Positions 1-10,900 of a stretch of 64,000 bases of DNA are shown piece after piece. Every line of letters begins with the position of its first letter. Position 1 is the first letter of the stretch. The DNA comes from Mustelus asterias (Eukaryota). The DNA lies in contig NC_135813.1 of the NCBI RefSeq assembly GCF_964213995.1, forward strand, positions 103,478,001-103,542,000, in the 5' to 3' direction. The notes beneath the pieces were generated by a model that was not told where the DNA came from, did not search any database, and saw only the letters and a program-made list of their open reading frames with translations. The position numbers were made by a program, and so were the translations under genes.

Positions 1-720
1 TGATCCTAATACAAACTAGATTAGAATAGTATCACGGAGCAGAATTTCTGACATCTGTTCAGGAGAATTTTGATTTTACAATTCCGGCCCAGGAGAATAA
101 AGGTGGGTTAGTGGAATAGGACATCATTGTACCAAAAGGTTTAGATTAGCCATGGAAAAGAACATGGAGCAATTCAGAGTAAAAATACTTAAGAGGACCA
201 GAAGTGGGTTGAGAAAAAATCTTTCCCAGGTAAGGTGGATTCAAAGATTGGCAGGCAAAACTGTGGTATTCAGGTACATTCCAAGGGGAAAGGGGAAACC
301 AAATTCAGAATTCCCTGGATGACAAGATAGAGTAAGATGAAGCAGAAAGTGTGTATACTATCAACATAACATACATTGTAGAAGTGAGAAACAGGATTAA
401 CAGAATATTTGAGATGAAAAATAAACGAGGAGTAAAGAGTACAAAAGACTGACAGTTAACATGAAAGGGAAACTAATAGTCTTTCTTGGGGACATAAATA
501 GTAGGGTAGTAAAAGGAGGGATGGGATGGGATGATTACGGACCAAATAGAATACCAAGCTGCTTGGCAGTTGTGCTAAATGGGAACGTTGTACCTGCCTT
601 GATCAAGCAAGATGCTGCCATGGTCAGTTAAGAGGATGCAGTTAGTACACCACAGATTAAAAATGGGTAACGGTGGTATTAGGCTCCCATGATTCAAATG
701 AATGAAGTGCAAAATTTATG
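1..720 (+). mobile_element. Degraded CR1-clade LINE ORF2 fragment
   Basis: Purine-rich and resembles the CR1 endonuclease-RT linker (gaatttctg...gttcaggagaatttt, ccctggatgac, gggaaactaatagtctttc); many stops. Confidence 0.6.
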
Positions 721-1792
721 CCAGTTTCCTACTCAGATTTAGACAAAAGGAAAAAGGTGCTGTACTAGAATGAACTTCTTTAAAATGCTGCAAAATAGAA
801 CAAACAAAGCAAGCACATACCGTTCAAGGGAGCTGCCAAAATCCAGGAAGTGAGAGTTAGACTACTCAGCAACAGAGGATTAAGGGAAAAAGACGACATT
901 CTGAATGAGAAGCTCAGAGCAAACATGACTTTTCAAATGATGGACCTTCTATTAGTTGCGATAGAGAAAGTGCAGAAAAATACCAGATTGCTGAATGCTT
1001 TTAAAATGTCACACTTGGGAGCCTCAGATTGCGCACAAGTTTCCAGCAAACTTCAGAAGGCACATTAATCCAGATCACATTAAATTAACATCCCTCTGTG
1101 AGGGGCATTTGGGTTGGGGAGGGCAGGGAGGTAAACAGGAGCATCATGATATTGTTTGAAGCTTTAAAGATGCCAGAAATTCTCAAATATTTATGCTTTT
1201 ACACTGTTGCAAAAAAAAAAAACTGGATGCCTGCTGGTCCCAAACTTACTTTACTATAGTTTGGTTTAGGAGATTGTATGAAAAACAATTCCATAGTTGT
1301 TGAAGCTTTCCAGCCAGATATCCTGTGCTCACACACTAAAAATCAACAACCGGGATTTTGCACTCCTGTTCACACCAGGCGGGCTCAGTGAAAGGGGCTG
1401 AAAATATCATGAGAAGTCTAAAGTTGTATTTGACTACAATGTGAAAGTATGATGCGATTGTGGCTCCCCTCCAATCTACAATGCTGTGAAAGACTTCACT
1501 AAGTCACATACTTAGAACACATTAATGTTGAAAACCATTTACACTTATTGATGTGAGCATGCACAGAGAATAGGAAATTAATTCCAGGCTAAGGTACACA
1601 CTCAGCTGTAGAAGGCAAAAATGATGGAGACCACTAGTCTAAACCAGCCAACTCAAAAGGTCCCTAGTTTCTGTTTTTCCTCACCCAATTGGAGTCATGC
1701 ACTACAAGTAAAGCAGAACTTTTCACACATAGAAGACAATTTTAAAATTAAAAGGAAAGTCGTATTACCTGGTCTGTAATGTAGATTCTCAC

Positions 1793-1960
1793 CTCCCCGA
1801 CCAGGGAGACCACCGCCTCTTCCATCACGGAGAGGGACACCACTTCGCATGTTATTAAATTGCAATGGTGGTGGTGGCTGCTGCAGTGGTGTTTGTGGCT
1901 GCGGCTGCTGTTTCTTTCTGGCCATAGCAACCTTGATCGGGTTTGTGTCAAACTCCTTAC
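1793..1960 (-). CDS. EWSR1: EWSR1 exon 13 (168 nt; RRM end, Q/P tract, start of RGG2)
   Basis: cctttcag|GTAAGG...GGGGAG|gtgaga; [56 protein letters not shown]. Confidence 0.9.
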
Positions 1961-4900
1961 CTGAAAGGAACAGAAATTATTATAAACAGAAAAAAAGGCA
2001 AAGTTTCCTGTTTCGGTATAAAAATGACAAAACCTACCATCAAACCATTCTAGAGCAGCCTTAGCAGAAGGAGGATCATCATACGACACAGTGGCTTCAC
2101 CCTTGGGTTTTCCAGTCTCTTTGTCGATGTATATGTTGATCATAGGCTGTCCAGTTCGCTTGTTAATCTGAAGTGTACAGGTGCAAAGTTAATGGCCAAA
2201 CTTGGAAAAAACAACAAAGCAGGCTGTATCAATTGACAATATAGACTAACACAAACCTTTATAGCACCAGTTTGCTTGAAGAAATCCAAAAGCCTTTCTG
2301 GAGTTATATTTTCACCCAAACCTTGCACATAAATGGTATCGTTCTCCACATCTTCCTGTGGAGTTGCCGCTGGGGTTGGAGTCGGAGCTGGAGCCGGGGC
2401 TGGGGGAGGTGGTGGTGGTTCAGCGGCTGCTACTACAAAGAAGTAGTATAAATAATTATTTTTTAAAATAACCTGAAGAAAGGAGACAGATGCACAGTAT
2501 TTTCCAAAGGGGAATGAATAACCATCTACTTTACAAGTGCCTTCAATAGACTTCTGTGATGTTGCTAGCTACCATGCAGAATGTGGAGAGGGTCATTACC
2601 ATAAACTTTTAAAACCACAGGGTTACCACCAGGGCCTTCACATGCATGCAAATAAATCAAATCCAACAATGATGACAGCCATTTCAATATGGGTGTATCG
2701 TAGGAACCTCGCTGAAAGAAAAAAGGAATACCCAGGATAGAAGAAATGGGAATTCTTCTCATTTATAGTCAACTTATTCATTACTGAGACTAGTTTTTAA
2801 TTCCAGGTGTCATTATTAAGTGAATTTAAATTCCAAGAGTGAGATTTGAACCCCATATCTCCAGAGCGTTAACCTGAGCCTCTGGATTACTAGTCCAGTG
2901 ACATTACCACTATAACATCCTCTCTCCTTTACAACCATGTGGGCCAAATGCACCTGACTAAACTGGCCAAGTTAAAAAGCCATGATGCGGAGATGCTGGC
3001 GTTGGACTGGGATAAGCACAGTAAGAAGTCTCACAACACAGGTTAAAGTCCAACAGGTTTATTTGGTAGCACAAGCTTTCGGAGCACTGCCCCTTCACCT
3101 GTGTTGTGAGACTTCCTACTGAAGTTAAAAAGAGCATGTTATTTAATCAGTTCTTGCCAGAATCATGTGTGCATACATCAATTGCTGCAAACAAGAGGCA
3201 TTTAGATATTGCAGGCAAGAGTGAAGCCAAACAACAAAAATCCAGTGAATTGCTGACTGATGTGGTTTAATTTCTTTGTTCTGGGATATCTTCAAAGCCA
3301 CTTGGATCTAATATTTTATTTGCCTATATTTGTTTTATATATAGATACATTACACATCATATACATACATTTTAGCTGGCATTCCATGGAGGCAATAATA
3401 ATCCAAGAACCAGAGACAACGGGCCATGAGGCTTCTATCCCTCTTCGCCCTGTCTATCGTTAAGAGCCCTCATCCATTCAAGCCACACCCAGTCTTGACT
3501 ATTACAAGGTTCTTCTGGCTAACCCTCTATCCTTCATAAATCACACCTGGTTCACCCATCACTTATGTCCTCACTGGTTCCCATACCACTGTTGCATTGA
3601 AATTCTTATCCTGATTTAAAATGGTTTCATTGCTACCTCCAATCATACAACTTTCCCTCAGCATTGGCCATCATGCCTTCAGGCACCTATGGCCCATGCA
3701 CAAAAGCTGTTATACATGCAAGCTGCTGTGGTTGAATAGATCTACTGATATTTCACCAGGGTTTAACAGAAACCAAAGATATCACGTGGGAAAAATAATT
3801 TATTCCAGTAAGCCAGAAGTGATCATCACTGAGTCTTGCTACATTTAGTTAAACACTGGTCAGGTACTGGCGCAATCCAGTTCAGTGGATGCAAGATTTT
3901 CTTACAGAATACCTCATGATACAAGGCGAATATCAAATCTTAAAAAGGATTTAGTAAAAAGTGAACCTTTTGTAAATACCTATGCTAGCAAAGGTATGGG
4001 CCAGATAGGTTTGAGGAAAGAATTTACCAGATCACAGAATAGAGCGCGAGAACCAAGAACAGCTTGAACAAACTAAAATTGAATACAATCTTCACCACTT
4101 AATGTGGCAAGATTTGTCCACTATACATAATGGTCAGCATGTCTGACAGGTTTTGGCTCAATGACAAAACCAACATTTACCGTTATTATTTTTCTGAAAC
4201 TGACAGCAATTTAGAGTCCGCACACATTCAATTATCCAAGGAAATCGTAAAGTTGCTGTCAGTGACTACCTGGTAGGCTGCTCGTTTAAGCCCCAACACC
4301 CAGACTTACTCCACTATTACAAATATGGCAAAGACATGGAACAAAGCATAAGCAATCAAGATACCTGTATCCTAATAAGCTATCAAAATTGTTACCTGGT
4401 TCAGGCTCTGGAGTTTCTTCTACAGCTGTTACTGGATGGGAAGGAAAGAAAGCAAGCACTACATTACTTTGCATTCCAGTGACCCACTACCTTCATACAT
4501 CTAGATCTAAAGTTCGAGCACCTTTTTGGTTATTCATTCAACCAAGATGCACTGCAAATGCAAGACCATATCACGTGAAATAATCTTCAGTGAAATTTAA
4601 AATTAACAATTTTACTTTAAAAAAATAAATACCCCCCATTTAATTTTTTTAAATAATAAACCATTTGGTATTTTATACCACTTCAGTTAAGTGGTAATTG
4701 GCTTTCTATATTCATTACCACTATCAGGTAATTTGAAACCCATTTTAATGCAAACCCATCACTCAAGTGATTATTCACTTTATACATCCATATTCACCAC
4801 TGTATCAGGTAATTTGAAACCCATTTTAACGCAAACCCGTTTTAATGCCAGCAGGTGACACCAGTATATATACATATGCGTTGAATTTTGTATACAAGAA

Positions 4901-7900
4901 AATTTTACTACGCAAAACATTTTTCCCCACAGACTTCAAACACAAATGTATTTGACTAACCATTTTAATGCTAAAAACTTACCACCAGGCTTACTGAAGC
5001 CACCCCGGTCGACACCGCTGCAGGGACAAATATGAAGAAATGAAGTATTCCCTTAAGCCAGTACCTCTTGAGCCTAAGGCTCAATGATGAAACTCGTGCC
5101 TCTTTTAAAGCACTGGCTAAGGCTCTGAAGTTTCACCAGTTTTCATCTGCGAGTTTGCCTTTCTTCACAGTAGTTCTCCTAAAACTTTCGTACACCCTCC
5201 AAAACCATTTATACCTTCACTGTTTGACTTGCCAGTAACAGGGTTCTGAACAACTAAAGTTGGTGCATGCAGTTTTATAACAGAACTGTTAAGTAACCAT
5301 TAAAACTGTTTTACATTACTCTTTAACTTCCAATTAAATTACATATTACTGTATATAATAAATACCATGTTTACATTACAAGTGTACAATACCATGCTTT
5401 TATGTATTACTCCACTTGCATACACCATACACATTTTTTTTGTCCATACATATGTAGAAAACGTGTCTAGTCCCATTTTTCAATATGCTGCCGGCTCAGT
5501 CAAAATAGTTTAAAGTATTGAAGTGTAAACAAGGCTCTCACTTTGTAACCTGTAGCATATAAATGCGACAAAGCATGTTAACATAGTTTCCATATTCAAG
5601 CATTTAAAAATAAATACTGTATTGGCATAATTAAAACTACATTCTAATACTTACCTGCAGACAAGGGAGTGAAAGCAGTATCGTACTGCTTAGGCTCTGT
5701 ATTATAGTTAAATTCTTCCACAGAAGAATAAACTTGTATCATGTCAAATGATAAACTGCTCATTGGGCGTTTTAACTGCATCCACTATAACCCATCCCTT
5801 AAGAAAAAAGATATTACATTCAACTAACCCACCCTTTAAATCACCCAGGATATTATTTACATAATCAATCCAGGTAAAATGCATTTCCTTCTATCCCTGC
5901 CCCCAAATTTATTTCACTTTAACCTAATTTCTTATTTTGTTTTTAAAAAATTCACCTGCTAGCAGTGCACCTCAAATACTATTTTATTATACTATTCCCC
6001 ATATTAAAAAAAAAAATCAGCATAACTTTGAAAACACAAATCTACTCCCTCACTGAAGGCCCAAGATGGGGGAGGATGGAGAAGAGGGAGGGTGGAATCA
6101 TCCCATTTTTGGAAGAGGGAAGGCAAAAGAAAGATCAACTCAAAACTTTAAATGAGTTAGAATACTCATATGCCTTTAGGGTTAATTCTTAGGGAGGTTG
6201 TATCCACTCATAATATACAAACAAGATCGCCGAGAATGAATGTATTTTGACTGATTTTGCCATAGCAGTTTTCAAGTTCAGTTCACAATGACAGCATGGG
6301 AGAATGCAGGTGCAACCCTCCAAAACTGAATTGATGTTTATTTTGGGGCACCAAGTGAAGGCAGAGAGCTTTCCTGCAAGTTAGGGAGCAAGTAGATGCT
6401 TTGTCAACAACACTTGTGAATCTCCAACAGCTAGACTAACTCTTATGACCAGATGGTAATTTTCTTCCACCCATTGTGCATGGTTCAGAGAGAAAAAGTA
6501 ACCACACACAAACCAAGTTGTACTTGGCTCAAAATTATTTAAAACAAATTTGTAGAAATAGGTAATTGTACATTGACTAAACATGCGTTCAACAATTCAA
6601 GGATACAAAGGATGTATAAATCCTGATCAGATATTAGAAACCCATAAAAATGGTGATTTTATACAGCTCTGACCAACTTTATGAAAATTTAGCGAATGTG
6701 TCATTTGCGGTACCTTATTTTACTCTAGCTATACCCATTTTTCAGAGCAACAAACCTTCTAACTCAAATAATGTACCGCTTGAATTTTTATGAATTGAGA
6801 ACAAAAAGAAATTGTTGCTTCCTTCCTGTTCAATAATATATTTCAAAGCCAGAGGCTCATGTTGGGATACTAATCCCCAGGTGCTGGAAACCAAGTTACC
6901 TCACTGAAGTAATCAATTATGTGATGGGGCAAAACAGCTTACAAGCTACACATCCATATAAAGGGCATTACAGCACAGCCCATTCTGCTCCACAAGTGAC
7001 ATCCATACTTTCCCACAAGGTTTAGGAGCACAATCACTAGCTGATTTTTCCTCCCTAGCTCAGTGAGATGGAGGTCAATTTTAGTGCTCCCGCTATTACT
7101 CGGAGATCAGTTAATTCAGCACCATTGATAAGACCTTTGGGGCAGCATCTTTTGTGCAGCTCGGTCACACATTGTGTACATTTACTCACAAGTGGTCTTT
7201 AAATATAGCCCAGTAAGTCACATTTGTATTTAAATATCAATACAGTCACCAACATTTCAAATTGGTCTGCTTCAGATACTAGCAGGGTATTTAATTATTG
7301 TCACCAATGTGGGAAATTAAGCTGTTTGTCCACGTGCCCATCGATGGACAATTTCTTTTTAAATCTGTTGCATTTAACAGAACCAGTGGTTATTAAAATG
7401 TATTACACCAAGCTTCCCTCATTAGGAAGGATACCACCAAGACAATCACTTGTGTTTTCATTATAATGCACAGAATCGTGGGATCACAGGCAATTTCAGA
7501 GTTTAAGGCACAGACAATGCTGCAGCTTTGATTTTGTACCTCTGTACGTGGAAAAAACAGAGGATACTTACCTTCATTTATTTGAATCCTGGATTGGCAA
7601 CTCTGAGGACTCCTAAATTTGCTGTTTGCTATCAATGTAGCAGTAATAAATGGGATACGAGTGTGTGGTGGAATGAGTGTAACAGATTTGAAATAGTTAC
7701 CCAATCCACTCAAGTGCCAAAACTGCATTTACTGAGGATGCCAAGAGTCACTCGAATACCTTTTAGTGGTCACCAGTATGTTATAATAAGTAACATCCAG
7801 TTGCCAGGGTCAGTGGAACTAGAGTATGCATACCCATGGTTGTGCATTATATGGAATGATTCTCAGTTAAGTGCTCAAGAAAAAACGCTTACCAGTTTTC

Positions 7901-10900
7901 AATGATAAATATGCACAAACTTTTCCATTGATTGCCTCCCTTTCTGAAAGCATTGGCATGTTGTGGGATAAGGTTCTATTGCCAACAGCTTTCTGATGCA
8001 TCATCCACATGGCCACTCTTCACACAAGAGTTTGGCAGCAATGTTTGAGGGCTCATTCTCCCCAGATATTTGCATCCCACAGTTCCAGGAGAAGTCACTG
8101 AGTTATTCAACAGGAGCAAATCTGGCTAATATCCCCCCACCTCTCTAGCCCTTGACAATTAAGGCTAGTCAACATGTTTAACTGAGACTGGCTAATCCTT
8201 GGTTTGTACCAAATTAAAGACTTATTGGCTGTAAAGCTCAATACCACATTTTACAGTGTATGCACTCAAACCATCAGGGGAGTAAATGCTAGACTATTAA
8301 AACACCATTCCTAAAGTAAATATTTGTGCAGAACGACAAATTTGGTATTGGCAATTCAATGGTTGACAACCATTTTAGGCACTTAGTGAAAAAAGACAAT
8401 GCCCATTTGATGAGTTGTGCAGTGATATGATCTTGAATTAGAGATTTTTTTTGAAGTGTAATTTTAGTATACTCTTACTGGCTATGATCTTGAATTAAGA
8501 GATTTTTTTTGAAGTGTAATTTTAGTATACTCTTACTGGCAAGTCCAATTTTAAGGGAAAAAACCGGAGAAAAAACACTCATATTTTCCACTGACCCTGC
8601 CTATTACTACAAGGCATATCCCGATAATGCTTTCAGCTCCCTTGTTGATTAATATATAAATACAACTGAGTTTTTAAAATGCAAAGACTATAGGGTTTCC
8701 ATTGCCTATATATTCTTAGGCAAAAGCACACAAAGGATTTAGGGCTAAATGGTTTGTGAACATTACTTAGCACATCACTACACATTAAAAAAAACACTAC
8801 AGTAACTTCCTGGCAAATGGAAACCCTATTAACTCAAGTCAAGTTAACGTCCAAATTTAAAAGTGAAACCTTTATCATATTCCCCTATGAAGGGAGCGCA
8901 GCAACCAGCTTATTTCTGCATTTGGAGGCTGTCAGCAAGAAAAACAAAAAACTTGCCACAAGGAGTCCAACTTTCAAAAATTGCTACATCTATTTTAAAA
9001 TGAAATGTGGCATATGCATAATGCAAAGCCTATGCTGGCACACAGTAAATAAATGCACATTAAAAATGAAACCCAAGCTCCAAATGAAACTCTAAATGAA
9101 TTTAACAAGGATGTAACACTTGTATCCCACAATTTTGTTTTATTAATTTATACTCCTCAGAAATTAAGCAAAATACCTAGATGGAAGAAGGTTCCAAGCT
9201 TTTCCTCTTCCCAAAATAGGAACTAGATTGATGTAGTTATGTTTGAGAGAAACTCCAAATTTCAACACTGCAAGAAATGCACATTGCGTTCTCACCTATC
9301 TTAAGGCAATACTGTTTTTTAAAAAATTGGGAGACAATATTAAACACTTAAAAGCAAGTGTTTCTTTCAGGATTAAAGGTTTCACCCAGAAAAAGGCAAT
9401 GTCTGAATTATGTGGATCAGTGGTTGCTGCACTTTACACCATATCTTAATCTTTTAACAGGTAAAATGTTGGAAAAGTAATTTGGATTAGGTCGACTGAG
9501 GTGTTGACCAGTTTTCAACTACTAGCATATGAATTTTCTCATTCTAGAAAATAATTTTAAAAGGAGCCATAAGGCAAATTAAGGCTACATACATAATTCT
9601 GTCTGAACGTTTACTTTCTACTTGAGGTGGTAATTAGATTAAGCTCATTGGTAAGGGTAAATTATTCCACAGAGGTTGGACATTGCCTTTGGAAAATTAG
9701 AACCAGGGCTGAAAATTGCAATCATTTTACTTAAAGGTTTCGAATGAAATTTTAAAGTAGGCCACTGAAAGATTTTCAAAAATTAGATGCAAAAATATGG
9801 ATATATTTATTTTACAGTTAGACACAATCTTTAGAATAGGGACATCTGGTTCTCAAATGACTGCAAAACAGGTAACTGGAACCCGGCCAGTTCTGGAAGG
9901 ACATTCTGCGAGGTACTTCAGAAAGGCTAAACACTTTCAGCCCAGTATTGTTAATTGTTACTTTGGGTTGATCTTTTTTGTATTAATCTCTCTAAAAGAA
10001 AGAGGTCATCTTACCCCATGCCACCTCGTCCACTCCGACCACCTCTACTGTAACTACTTCCTCTGCTTCCTTGATCATAGCTCCCACGACTTCTGCTCCG
10101 ATTGTCAGAGCTACTGGTTGGCGCTCCATAGCTACTCTGGTCTTGTCCATATCCACTCATATTATTAGTAGATGGCTGCTCCTGCCTGTATGTACCTGGG
10201 TAACATTTGAGTAGTTAGTTTCTTAACAAGCAATGTATGCATTTAGACATAAAAAGTTGTTACCTTCTGTACAACTTACTTTCTCTGTTCCAAGACACTG
10301 ATTATGAATTTACTTTTATTTTGCATTATTACTCATGATAAAAAAGGATGCATCAGAACTGTGGTTAATTCTAAAAGAGCTTGAATTAAATAGCCATTTT
10401 GTCAATTGTTCATTTTGATCACATCATCTAGAAAAATTTCAATTGAGTTAGAAAACAGTGTTATCCCATTTGTCCAATAGAAGTCACTGCTTCCAAGTTA
10501 TTAACTAGCAACTGGCTTTTTGTCTTTTGAGGAGCTTATGTCTCTTGCTGGAAATATTAATAAAATATATCAATATTCTCATGGCAATATGTAAAATCTT
10601 AAAAATTGGACACAGCCCTTTTAAAATGGCTGAAACTATGTTTGACCCACAAACAGAAGGAGCCATCTGGTAGTATCAGGGAAGCTCACCTCGTTATTTC
10701 TGAAGAGACACTAACACCCCGTGGGTTTCAGAGAAATAAAGAAAGACCATCTGCATTTCAGAATCCAGGCTGACCAACTGCTAATCTGCCAGAACAAAGG
10801 GCCCTTTCTTTATGGGGGACCCAGACAAGGGATACACATCCTTTGTTAAAGGTGGCGTGGAGAGATGGGAGTCATGTGACAAATTGGTGGCACCAGTAAT

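Noticed and set aside
8426-8540. Direct repeats here and at 4722-4838 and 37503-37543 as a possible CRISPR-like array
   Set aside because: Two copies only, no repeat-spacer periodicity, eukaryotic intron context.
5018-10014. Idea that EWSR1 intron 8 is entirely transposon-free
   Set aside because: It lacks young HE1/CR1 copies, but 7030-7200 and 8010-8280 resemble each other and other old SINE-like remnants in the window.
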